From IMG/VR virus record IMGVR_UViG_3300025396_000018, positions 1 to 56,343 of that record: DNA of 56,343 nucleotides; one strand, written 5' to 3'. The position numbers and the translations under genes are program-made. Below the pieces are notes generated by a model. The model was not told where the DNA came from. It worked only from the letters and a program-made list of their open reading frames with translations, and did no database searches. Each line of letters starts with the position of its first letter. Position 1 is the stretch's first letter. This document shows positions 38,262 through 47,402 of the stretch, one piece after another. This stretch comes from a virus. Taxonomy: Duplodnaviria; Caudoviricetes.

Positions 38262-38540
38262 ATGGATTTTTTTAAATTAGTTGCCGAACTTGGCTTTCCA
38301 ATTGCCGCAGCGATGGCTGCCGGTTATTTTGTATTCCTGACCTTGAAATTTATTCTGGCAGGAGTCACTTCTTCTGTGAAGTCTTTAAGTGGTATTATTA
38401 CTGCTTTAGACAATCGTGTTAAAACCATGAATCATGATGTTATCAGAATTGATACTCTAATGTCAAGCGCATTAGGAGTTAAACCTGACACCGACCGTAT
38501 TGCTCGTGCAGACGGCAAAAATGATGCTCGAAAGGACTAA
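38262..38540 (+). CDS. Single-TM membrane protein (GFPI motif, YvrJ-like), paralog A
   Basis: ELGFPIAAAMAAGYFVF followed by a coiled coil. Confidence 0.75.
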   Translation: MDFFKLVAELGFPIAAAMAAGYFVFLTLKFILAGVTSSVKSLSGIITALDNRVKTMNHDVIRIDTLMSSALGVKPDTDRIARADGKNDARKD

Positions 38541-38542
38541 TT

Positions 38543-38719
38543 ATGCCATTATATAAAGAATTGGATGATTTAGAAGATATCGCCATCAATTTTGATGATG
38601 CGGCTCGTTTGGCTGCCACTCAATTGCTCGATATCGATAGTGAGTTAGCATTACAAATTATGAAGTGTTCTTCTAGTTTTATGAAAATTGCTAAACAAAA
38701 ATACAAAGAAGAAGTATAA
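38543..38719 (+). CDS. Hypothetical protein, 58 aa (MPLYKELDDLEDIAINF...)
   Basis: Hand-translated; AAGGA SD; TAATG overlap with the next gene. Confidence 0.6.
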   Translation: MPLYKELDDLEDIAINFDDAARLAATQLLDIDSELALQIMKCSSSFMKIAKQKYKEEV

Positions 38720-39000
38720 TGGATCCAGTAGAATTAGTTAATAAGTATGGTTTTCCTATTGTTGCCGCAGGCGGCATGGGTTACCTTATATTTTATGTGT
38801 GGAAATGGGCAACACAAGAAATTAAGCCTGTTTTAAGTGAAGCAAGTAATGTTTTGATTGCTTTGATTGACCGTGTCAGGATGTTAGATAATGATTTGAT
38901 TAGATTGAATCAAAAGCTAAACATCGTATTGATGTTACGGGAAATTAAGGATGAAGATAAACAAGATACTAAAAAGTCTAGTTCTAGCGTTATTAAGTAG
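38719..39000 (+). CDS. Single-TM membrane protein (GFPI motif), paralog B
   Basis: KYGFPIVAAGGMGYLIF...IALIDRVRMLDNDLIR. Confidence 0.75.
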   Translation: MDPVELVNKYGFPIVAAGGMGYLIFYVWKWATQEIKPVLSEASNVLIALIDRVRMLDNDLIRLNQKLNIVLMLREIKDEDKQDTKKSSSSVIK

Positions 39001-39418
39001 TTCCGCTTTTGCTACAACTATTGCTGATTATCAGTTTAAGAGTCCTTCTTTAAATGGTAATGGGTACGGCGCATTTCAAATGGCATTGGAAAATGAGCAA
39101 TATGCTCGTTCACAGGCTATTCTTCAAGCTATGGAAGCTGCAAAGCAACAAGCAAAAGCAGATGCCGCCAATACACCAATCAATCAATTTCTAACAAACT
39201 TAGAATCCCGTATTTACGCTCAAATTTCACAGAACTTGGCAACTGCCATGTTTGCTGGTGGTTCATCTACTTCAGGTCAAATGAACTTTCAAGGTAACAC
39301 AATATTTTGGACTAATACAGGTACAAATATTCAATTACAAGTAACCGATAATGTCGGTAATATGACCACAATTAATGTGCCACTTGGCTCATTTAATATT
39401 ACAGGAAGTGGTCCATGA
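38951..39418 (+). CDS. csgF: Curli assembly protein CsgF-like
   Basis: Signal peptide ending AFA; YQFKSPSLNGNG resembles CsgF FQFRNPNFGGN; F..NLESRIY.Q; adjacent to csgG. Confidence 0.8.
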   Translation: MKINKILKSLVLALLSSSAFATTIADYQFKSPSLNGNGYGAFQMALENEQYARSQAILQAMEAAKQQAKADAANTPINQFLTNLESRIYAQISQNLATAMFAGGSSTSGQMNFQGNTIFWTNTGTNIQLQVTDNVGNMTTINVPLGSFNITGSGP

Positions 39419-40386
39419 AAAAATTATTGTTAATACTATCAGTTCTTATTCTTTCTGGTTGTGCTATTTCACAAAAAGCCGGCCAAATGGTTGGCGTTGA
39501 ACATGAGCCAAAAGTATTAGAGAACAAATTACAAAAAGAGTTCGATGAAATTCCACCACCATCTAAAGGCAGATTGGTTGTAGCAGTTTATCAATTCACA
39601 GATAAAACAGGACAACGTAAAGCTATTCCTGGTATCGCATCATTTAGTACCGCAGTTACACAAGGTGCTGATGCCTTATTGATTCGTTCATTACAAGATG
39701 TTGGTCATGGTAGATGGTTTGATGTAGTTGAGCGTGGTAACATTGATGCTCTTACTAAAGAACGTTTAATCATTACACAGATGCGACAAGCATATGAAGG
39801 TCCGCAAGCACAAAAATTAATGCCTTTAACTTTTGCTGGTATTATACTTGAAGGTGGTATTATTGGTTACGATACAGGTTTAGAATCAGGCGGATTAGGT
39901 TATAACTTTTTAGGTATTGGTCCAACAACACAATACAGTAAAGATATTATTACTGTTAGTTTAAGAGCAATATCAGTTAATACAGGTAAAGTATTGGCAA
40001 CTGTAACAGTTACAAAGATTGTTTATAGTACAGCAGATGCTATAGCAATTTTTAAAAGTATCGAACCAGGTGGAATAGGAAGTATGATATCACAGATTGG
40101 TGCACCCAACAATGGGTCGGTAAGTCCAACTGCGGCCATCTTTCAGTTTGAATCTGGTTTGACAATCAATGAGGCAACAACTATAGCATTAAAGACAACA
40201 ATTGAAGCAAGTGTGGTTGAATTAATTAAAGAAGGACAAAGAAAAGGTGTTTGGGATTATGGTACAATCATGGAAGCACAACCTAATCCAACCATCTCAG
40301 CAACGCCGAGTATTCCATTGGGTATGTCTAGTAAAAAAGACACGCCAGCGGATGTGGCAGCCAAGATGGGAGTAGTAAAACAATAA
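39415..40386 (+). CDS. csgG: Curli secretion channel CsgG-like lipoprotein
   Basis: ILSGC lipobox; VAVYQFTDKTGQRK, FSTAVTQGA, WFDVVER..L..ER..I, EGGIIGYD. Confidence 0.92.
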   Translation: MKKLLLILSVLILSGCAISQKAGQMVGVEHEPKVLENKLQKEFDEIPPPSKGRLVVAVYQFTDKTGQRKAIPGIASFSTAVTQGADALLIRSLQDVGHGRWFDVVERGNIDALTKERLIITQMRQAYEGPQAQKLMPLTFAGIILEGGIIGYDTGLESGGLGYNFLGIGPTTQYSKDIITVSLRAISVNTGKVLATVTVTKIVYSTADAIAIFKSIEPGGIGSMISQIGAPNNGSVSPTAAIFQFESGLTINEATTIALKTTIEASVVELIKEGQRKGVWDYGTIMEAQPNPTISATPSIPLGMSSKKDTPADVAAKMGVVKQ

Positions 40387-40395
40387 GGAAAAGAA

Positions 40396-41334
40396 ATGAA
40401 AAAGAGCTTAAAAGGCGCTGGCGGATTGTCGAGAAAATTATCCGCAATTCTAATGACAGCTGTAATGCTGTTGTCGGGACTGGCAGTAGCCGGAGATAAT
40501 ACCATTTATATCAATCAGTCAGGAAGCAATTCGACTATTGGTGTAACACAAAATGGTGCAGGTAATGCCGTAGAAGGAGTTCAGACTACTGGTTCAAGTG
40601 CAACTACGCCGGCAGTAATCAATGGCAATAGCAATCAAGTTACTGTTAATCAAGTTGGTACAGGTGATACTTTACAACTAGGTATTCAGACTACTGTTGC
40701 GAATGGTATTTCAAATGGTAACAATTATAGTTATTCTATTACAGGTAGCAACTCTACTGCTGTCATCAATAGTAACAATGATGGTTCTGGAACAAGTGCA
40801 AGCAACAATGTTAATGTAACTCAAACAGGTAACAACTCTAATTTGAATGTGAATATTTTAGGAACAGGAAACAATCTAACTGCAACAACTGCTGGCGGCA
40901 CAAACAATAGTGTGGTTGCAACTGTTAATGGTACAGGCAATAATGATACTGTTAATATGAATGGTGGCGGTTCAAATAGTTTTACTTTGAATCAAGGTAA
41001 TTCTACAACTGCTTCTACCACAAGTTCTGTTACATTGAATTCTACTGGTGCAAGCAACACATTTGGTATTACACAAAATGGTGGCACCAATGGCAATACT
41101 GTTACTGTTGGAGGTTATAGTGGATCTACTACAACACCAAGTGGTTCGTTAAATGGTTCTAGTAACTCTGTAACTGTTTCACAAACAGGTAATGCTGATA
41201 ATACATTTATTCTTGGTTTGACAGGAAGTACTAATACATTTAATGTTACACAAGGTGCTGCAACAGGTAATAACACCACAAATATCCAAAGTAGTGGCAG
41301 TAACAACACTTGGACTATTCATCAAACACATTGA
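40396..41334 (+). CDS. Secreted curlin-repeat (CsgA/CsgB-like) protein
   Basis: Signal peptide ending AVA; many N-x-x-x-[IV]-x-Q-x-G-x-x-N repeats; Asn/Gly/Thr/Ser-rich. Confidence 0.8.
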   Translation: MKKSLKGAGGLSRKLSAILMTAVMLLSGLAVAGDNTIYINQSGSNSTIGVTQNGAGNAVEGVQTTGSSATTPAVINGNSNQVTVNQVGTGDTLQLGIQTTVANGISNGNNYSYSITGSNSTAVINSNNDGSGTSASNNVNVTQTGNNSNLNVNILGTGNNLTATTAGGTNNSVVATVNGTGNNDTVNMNGGGSNSFTLNQGNSTTASTTSSVTLNSTGASNTFGITQNGGTNGNTVTVGGYSGSTTTPSGSLNGSSNSVTVSQTGNADNTFILGLTGSTNTFNVTQGAATGNNTTNIQSSGSNNTWTIHQTH

Positions 41335-41376
41335 TTGGAAAAACTATGATTACGCTCAAAGAACTGATTAAAGAAT

Positions 41377-42513
41377 ATGAAGAAAAGAATCCTGATAATA
41401 CTGAGTTTCTTGATTTTGCTGACTTGCTCAGTCCCCACATTAGCAGCGGTGGGGACAATAACGGAGCAAGTGAATACACCAGCATCAATACAAAGAGCTA
41501 AAACAACTTTAACCGGCACCAAAGGTACTGGTGTCGAAATGGAAGATGCCATCAATACCAAACAAGGTAAGGTTGGCATCATTTTTGCCGATAATACAAA
41601 AGTACAAGTAAATGAAAATTCTAAATTGGTCATTGATGAGTTCGTTTATGATCCAAAAAATAAAGGTGCTGGAAAACTGGCTCTCAATATGGCGGCCGGC
41701 ACGGTCCGTTATGCCAGCGGCGCCATCGCTCACGACAATCCTAATAAAGTTGCTATCAACACTCCTACCGCTACTGTGGCTGTCCGTGGTACTGATTTCA
41801 CAGCTACGGTTGATGAACTAGGTGCCAGTACAGTAATTTTATTACCTAGTTGTCCTACAAAAAATCCAATAGATGTTGAACATGAATGTAAAACAGGTAA
41901 GATTGAAGTAATCAATGATGGCGGTTCAGTTACATTAGACCAACCATTTCAAGCCACTAAAGTTACAGCTAGAAATGTGGCGCCCACAAAACCTGTTACA
42001 ATAAAATTAAATGAAGATAGTATTAATAATATGTTGATTCTTGCACCACCACAAGAAATTAAAAATGCTATTAAACAACGTGAAGATGAAAAACAAGGTG
42101 TGGTGACAGCGTTAAGCCAAAACTTCTTACAAGGTGTGGATTTAAGTAGTGTCTTGGCAGCAGAAAATTCTCAAATTTATACCAATGCTTTACAACGTAA
42201 TTTTTTAGACCAAGACTTTCTTGCAAATGTTTTACAATTATTGAATGAAGAACTATCACAAGAATTTGGCAATTTATTGGCACCACAAAAGAATAGTTTA
42301 TTGCCAGACTATAATTCTAAAACAGGTGTAGTGGCCACAGTCGATGCTATATCAGTTCAGTTGTGTCGGTCGGATGCAGGTAGTAATACTTCTTGTATCA
42401 CAACACCAAAAACACAAAACGCAACAGTAAGTCAAACACAATCAGGTAATGTAACTATTACTAACCGCATTAATGCCGGTGGTAATACTTTCATAACCAC
42501 CAAACAAAACTAA
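41377..42513 (+). CDS. Exported FecR-domain protein
   Basis: Signal peptide; F.DNTKVQVNENSKLVIDEFVYDP, TPTATVAVRGTDF. Confidence 0.85.
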   Translation: MKKRILIILSFLILLTCSVPTLAAVGTITEQVNTPASIQRAKTTLTGTKGTGVEMEDAINTKQGKVGIIFADNTKVQVNENSKLVIDEFVYDPKNKGAGKLALNMAAGTVRYASGAIAHDNPNKVAINTPTATVAVRGTDFTATVDELGASTVILLPSCPTKNPIDVEHECKTGKIEVINDGGSVTLDQPFQATKVTARNVAPTKPVTIKLNEDSINNMLILAPPQEIKNAIKQREDEKQGVVTALSQNFLQGVDLSSVLAAENSQIYTNALQRNFLDQDFLANVLQLLNEELSQEFGNLLAPQKNSLLPDYNSKTGVVATVDAISVQLCRSDAGSNTSCITTPKTQNATVSQTQSGNVTITNRINAGGNTFITTKQN

Positions 42514-43841
42514 TGAAAATATTATTCACATTTCTTCTTGCTGGATTATTAGGATTTTGTGCACCAAAATCTTATTCACAAACATCAGGATTAAATTATG
42601 TAACTTATGCTGGTACTGGTGCCACGCCAAATTATACAAACTTGGCATATCCAAATCCATTGAGTTCAGGTATAGTAAGTAATATTAATTACAATTGGGG
42701 TAGTGGTTATGTTTTAACATCAGGTCGTGTTGACCAAGTTATTATTCATTTTACTGGATACATCAATATACCTACTGCCGGAACATATACATTCGGGGGT
42801 AATGCAGATGACGGATTAGTTATAAGCATTAATAATACTACTATAATTAATAGTTGGCAAGAAGATGGTGGTAGTTTCAGACAAGGCAGTATTAATTTAC
42901 CTGCTGGCGCTGTTCCAATTAGTGTTTGGTATTATGAAAACGGTGGCGGTGCATTAGTCAATTTTCAATGGTATCAAAATAATAGTTGGCAGGTTGTTCC
43001 TTCCACAAGTTTGTATACCAGTATGCCGGCACCACAGTATACTAGTTCAATTACCGGCGGCCAGTCGGCTCAAGTTTCTTCAGTAGTCACTAGAATGTCC
43101 GGTGTTACTACTGCTTCATCAAATAGTATTTACATTAATCAAACAGGAAACGGTGATGTTATTAACATTACACAAGTTGGTTATGCTAACAAAATTGATG
43201 GTGCAAATTATAATAGTTCTACTGGAGTAGCAGGTTATCAACAGTCAGCACCTATTACTGGTGGTAGTAATAATATTACCATACGACAAGGTGATCCTAT
43301 GGCAAAAACAGGAAATAATTTAATAGATTTAGCTGCAATTGGTGGAAACAACACACTTAATTTAAATCAAGGTACAGATGTTAATGGAAATTATACAGGA
43401 TTAGACCAAGGCGGACACTATCAATTTGATTATATCAATGGCAGTTATAATAATATTACAGTAGTACAAGAAAATACTGGCGTATCAGGTAATCAATTTT
43501 CTAGTTTAGTAGTTATTGGTAATTTGAATACTGTTGGCATCACACAAACGGGTAATGCACAAAAACAATTATTTGCTAGTGTGACCGGTAATAGTAATAC
43601 AGTTACTACTAGTCAAACAGGAACAAGTAAAGATTATCTTAGTATAACCACCACAGGTAATGGTAACTCAGCAGTAGTTACTCAAAACAACAGTAGTGCT
43701 TCTGGTGCTAACGCTGCCACAATAGTTCTAAATAATGCAGGTGCACCAGCTTCAGTAAACGTAACACAAACTGGTGGACAAACATATAACATCACTCAAA
43801 CTTGTGTAACTACTTGTGGAACAGTAACGGTACGCCAATGA
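42513..43841 (+). CDS. Secreted PA14-domain plus curlin-repeat protein
   Basis: INYNWGSG...FTGYINIPTAGTYTF...ADDG...WYYENGGGA (PA14); C-terminal Q-x-G-x-x-N repeats. Confidence 0.82.
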   Translation: MKILFTFLLAGLLGFCAPKSYSQTSGLNYVTYAGTGATPNYTNLAYPNPLSSGIVSNINYNWGSGYVLTSGRVDQVIIHFTGYINIPTAGTYTFGGNADDGLVISINNTTIINSWQEDGGSFRQGSINLPAGAVPISVWYYENGGGALVNFQWYQNNSWQVVPSTSLYTSMPAPQYTSSITGGQSAQVSSVVTRMSGVTTASSNSIYINQTGNGDVINITQVGYANKIDGANYNSSTGVAGYQQSAPITGGSNNITIRQGDPMAKTGNNLIDLAAIGGNNTLNLNQGTDVNGNYTGLDQGGHYQFDYINGSYNNITVVQENTGVSGNQFSSLVVIGNLNTVGITQTGNAQKQLFASVTGNSNTVTTSQTGTSKDYLSITTTGNGNSAVVTQNNSSASGANAATIVLNNAGAPASVNVTQTGGQTYNITQTCVTTCGTVTVRQ

Positions 43842-43975
43842 TTATAGTTCAACTTCTTGGTGGAGTATTTGGTTGGTGCCTTGTATGGGCAATAGTATAT
43901 GTTTGCGATAAAAGAGAAGAATTAAAATTAGAGCGTGATTTGAAAAATATACGAAAACAATATGAAAAAAATTAG
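43838..43975 (+). CDS. Small membrane protein, 45 aa
   Basis: Hand-translated MIIVQLLGGVFGWCLVWAIVYVC plus charged tail; ATGA overlap. Confidence 0.55.
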   Translation: MIIVQLLGGVFGWCLVWAIVYVCDKREELKLERDLKNIRKQYEKN

Positions 43976-45974
43976 AAAGTTATTATTATCTCCGTTGACA
44001 GCTTTATTGACAATGGCATTATGTATTTGTGTTTTTGTTGATAAACCTGCTTTTGTTGAATCGGTAAAATACAGATATCTTGATACTGTAATTACTAGTA
44101 AACCAGTAACACAATCTAAAGATGTGGTGATTGTTAATATTGATGATGAAACTTTAAAACAAAAAGGTCAATTTCCTTTTCCAAGGGGCGAATATGCCAA
44201 AATTATCCGAGATTTGTATCAACGTGGTGCTGGGCTTGTTGTGTTTAATGTTTATATGCCTGATAACGATAGGTTTTTTCAGGATGATGCTTTGGCTAAC
44301 ACATTCAGGAAGTATCCAGTAATCCTTCCACAAGCTGGTTCTAATGACAAACAAGGTAGTGTTATTCCATTTAGACCTGGTGTTTCAGTAATTGGTGAAG
44401 GTTTTGCCGGAGTAGATTATAATTCAATTCAACCAAATGTAAAGGCCTTAAATGAAACAGCTGCTGGCATTGGTATTGTTAATACTTTCCCCGAAATTGA
44501 TGGCGTCACACGTCGTGTGCCAATGGTCGTACAGTCCCAAGGATTGTTATACCCTTCAATTAGTCTTGAAACCCTCAGAGTTGCATCAGGCGACCCAAGC
44601 TTCCAAGTTAAAATTGGCGAATACGGAATACAAGCGGTCAGAATTCCTAAATTTGGAAAAATCACCACAGATGCAGTCGGTAGAATTTGGGTCGATTGGT
44701 CAAGCAAACCAACAGAATATTCTTTATCAAAATTACCAGAGAACTTTAATAATTCCATCGTCATTGTCGGTCTCACAGCCAAAGGACTTAATAACCCCGT
44801 TGCAACAGCTACCGGTGCAGTCTATCCACATAATCTTCAAGCAGCAGTACTAAGTACTCTCATTTCAGGAACAAACATCTCCAGGCCTGATTGGGCTGAT
44901 GGAGGAGAGTTATTATACACAATTGCATTATGCTTAATAACTTTATTTTTTACAAGGTACACACATGGTTACATCGCAATCTTCTTTGTGGCAGGAATCA
45001 CCTATTTCGGAAGTCATGAACTATTTGATAGATACCAATACCTCATTGATATTACTTTCCCACTTTTCACCATATTTTTTACCTTCACACATGGATATGT
45101 TGTCAAATTTGTGTCTGAATGGTATCAAAAACAACAAATCAAAAAACAATTCGGAACATACCTCAGTCCCGCATTGGTCGAAAAACTCCAGAAAAATCCT
45201 GAACTTCTTACTCTCGGCGGAGAATCAAAAGAATTATCCATTATGTTCACCGATGTTAGAGGTTTCACTACAATCTCTGAGCATTATGGAAAAGATGTTC
45301 AAGGATTAACTAAGATTATGAATCGTTATATGACTGCTATGACGAAAAAGATTTTAGAAAACAATGGTACATTAGACAAATATATTGGTGACGCACAGAT
45401 GGCATTTTGGAATGCTCCTGTTGATGAACCTAATCATGCAAAGATGGCGGTTAAAACTGCATTACAAATGATGGAGAGTTTAGATGAATTCAATACTGAA
45501 ATTACTAAAGAAGGCATTCCACCTTTTGGTATGGGTTTGGGTATTAACACCGGGGTCGTTGTTGTGGGTAATATGGGGTCTGAGCAACGTTTTGACTATA
45601 CCTGCCTCGGTGATACAGTCAATCTCGCATCTCGTCTTGAAGGTCAATCAAAGCCTTATGGAGTTCGCATTGTCCTTGGTACATTAACCGCAGAACAAGT
45701 GAGGGACGAATATCCTGTTGTTGAATTGGATTGTATTGCTGTTAAGGGTAAAACAGAAGGTGTAAAGATATTTACTTTAGGTAAACCTAATTATAAACAT
45801 CAAACGTACTTAGATTGTTACTACTCTGGTGACTGGACTAAAGCAAAGAAACTCTGTAAAGAATTGATTGAAGAAAACAATGAATTGAATCAATACTACA
45901 AGAATATGTTAGAAAGGCTGGAAGAAGGTCTTCCAGCCAATTGGGATGGTACTTATCGTGCTACTTCTAAGTAA
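43962..45974 (+). CDS. CHASE2-domain class III adenylate cyclase
   Basis: TM-CHASE2 (VIVNIDDETL...FPFPR, DGVTRRVP)-TMs-cyclase (FTDVRGFT, DKYIGDA, DYTCLGDTVNLASRLE). Confidence 0.93.
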   Translation: MKKIRKLLLSPLTALLTMALCICVFVDKPAFVESVKYRYLDTVITSKPVTQSKDVVIVNIDDETLKQKGQFPFPRGEYAKIIRDLYQRGAGLVVFNVYMPDNDRFFQDDALANTFRKYPVILPQAGSNDKQGSVIPFRPGVSVIGEGFAGVDYNSIQPNVKALNETAAGIGIVNTFPEIDGVTRRVPMVVQSQGLLYPSISLETLRVASGDPSFQVKIGEYGIQAVRIPKFGKITTDAVGRIWVDWSSKPTEYSLSKLPENFNNSIVIVGLTAKGLNNPVATATGAVYPHNLQAAVLSTLISGTNISRPDWADGGELLYTIALCLITLFFTRYTHGYIAIFFVAGITYFGSHELFDRYQYLIDITFPLFTIFFTFTHGYVVKFVSEWYQKQQIKKQFGTYLSPALVEKLQKNPELLTLGGESKELSIMFTDVRGFTTISEHYGKDVQGLTKIMNRYMTAMTKKILENNGTLDKYIGDAQMAFWNAPVDEPNHAKMAVKTALQMMESLDEFNTEITKEGIPPFGMGLGINTGVVVVGNMGSEQRFDYTCLGDTVNLASRLEGQSKPYGVRIVLGTLTAEQVRDEYPVVELDCIAVKGKTEGVKIFTLGKPNYKHQTYLDCYYSGDWTKAKKLCKELIEENNELNQYYKNMLERLEEGLPANWDGTYRATSK

Positions 45975-46172
45975 TTAAGCGTAAGTTGCTGGATCTTCAA
46001 CTGCACCAGCGGTGTGAACTAATTCTTCGTTATGGTCATAAACTTTAATAGCATGGCAGTTTAAGCTTCTAGCAAAGTTCATGGCTTGCTCAAAATTAGC
46101 AAAAGAATTGATGAAAGACTTTAATTGACCATCATTCCAGATGTGAGATACGACTTTATGAATTGTGTGCAT
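45975..46172 (-). CDS. Hypothetical protein
   Basis: AAGGA SD; convergent with the cyclase. Confidence 0.65.
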   Translation of the reverse strand: MHTIHKVVSHIWNDGQLKSFINSFANFEQAMNFARSLNCHAIKVYDHNEELVHTAGAVEDPATYA

Positions 46173-46183
46173 TTGGTTTTCCT

Positions 46184-47203
46184 TTAAAGGAAGTATTTAT
46201 TCCAAATCTTTTTTGTCTTATTTGTGTAACGTTTCAGATGGTACTGATTCCTAAAGACATTTAACTGTGGATGTTTATAGGCTTTCATTAGAGCTCTGCA
46301 AATATCTTCACTATTTGTTGGGTCGGCATTGTTGAAATAACTAGACCATGGAATCTCAGAAGAACCAATCAAAGGTATTCCTTGAGAGGTCAAATCAGCA
46401 CCAACAATATTAAATGTTTCAGAAAAACTACATTGTAATCCAATGTCCATCTGTGAACACAATTCTAAGAATTCTTCTCTTGGTGTCCATTGATGATTGA
46501 TTAATTTATGACCTTTTTCGTGTAGATGCTGAAAGAGACCTTTGAGATTATTTTGAACTGGACTACCATTCATTTCGATACGACCAGCATTGATATGGAA
46601 TTTTAGTTGTTTACCTAATTTCTCGGCAAATTCAATGGCAGCAAATGCTTGTACCATATGATTCTTTAATGGCCGCACGGCACCAAAACAACAAATATCA
46701 ATCCAATACTTGTCAGTATCTAGTTCTTTCTTTTTGTATGCTTGTGGATAAAAATTAGGCAAATAAATTACTTTGTTTTTACCCAAGTATAATTGAACTT
46801 CTCTCAACATTCTAGGTGCATTACAAGCAACTACGATATTCTTAAACTTAGCATAATCACCAAGCCAATCCATTGCCATTCCTTCTCCTGCCATAAAAGG
46901 CATTTCAGAATGTAAACGAATAATCCATTTAACTTTTGGATGTAATTTTTGTAATACGGAAAATTTTGTTGGAACAACCCATAAGGCTTCAATGATTACA
47001 TGAGTTGGATTATGTTGTTGGACTAATCTATCAATACAATTATTATCGATAGCAACTTCCAAAACAGAATCAATGCCACAACCAAGTAACATATCATTCA
47101 TAAACTTGGCTGAATTATATAAGCCAGTACTTAATCCTAATTTGTTATGTACCTTCGCATTGAAATCTTCTCTGCGCTTGAGAATGAATAATATTTTTGT
47201 CAC
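46184..47203 (-). CDS. GT-B fold glycosyltransferase (GT4-like)
   Basis: FGAVRPLKN; SFSETFNIVGAD...GIPLIGS. Confidence 0.75.
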   Translation of the reverse strand: MTKILFILKRREDFNAKVHNKLGLSTGLYNSAKFMNDMLLGCGIDSVLEVAIDNNCIDRLVQQHNPTHVIIEALWVVPTKFSVLQKLHPKVKWIIRLHSEMPFMAGEGMAMDWLGDYAKFKNIVVACNAPRMLREVQLYLGKNKVIYLPNFYPQAYKKKELDTDKYWIDICCFGAVRPLKNHMVQAFAAIEFAEKLGKQLKFHINAGRIEMNGSPVQNNLKGLFQHLHEKGHKLINHQWTPREEFLELCSQMDIGLQCSFSETFNIVGADLTSQGIPLIGSSEIPWSSYFNNADPTNSEDICRALMKAYKHPQLNVFRNQYHLKRYTNKTKKIWNKYFL

Positions 47204-47242
47204 AATTTAATTACCTAGTCAATATATTAAATGTTTATTTAG

Positions 47243-47389
47243 TTATCTTCCCCTTCCACTCCTTCGCATTGGAGCGGAAGATTTTGGTGCTACAGGACCT
47301 TTATTTTTAATATTAGGAATATTCTTACGGCCTTCTACCATTGGTACTCGTTTGGTGCTTGGTTTTACCGGTTTAATTTCTTTAGTCAT
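47243..47389 (-). CDS. Small basic Pro/Lys/Arg-rich peptide, 48 aa, ending RRSGRGR
   Basis: Hand-translated; AAGGAGA SD directly after the tRNA-Met CCA. Confidence 0.65.
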   Translation of the reverse strand: MTKEIKPVKPSTKRVPMVEGRKNIPNIKNKGPVAPKSSAPMRRSGRGR

Positions 47390-47402
47390 AATATCTCCTT
47401 AT

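Noticed and set aside
41310-41501. Short ORF overlapping the FecR gene start in another frame
   Set aside because: Weak SD and no motif; cannot be supported, though not excluded
40396-43841. CRISPR array or DNA tandem repeats
   Set aside because: Repetition is at the protein level (curlin); no identical spaced DNA repeats were seen anywhere in the window
38262-45974. Island as host contamination or a prophage boundary
   Set aside because: AT content resembles the flanks, spacing is phage-like, a late promoter is present and no integrase or att site is seen; read-level confirmation is still advisable
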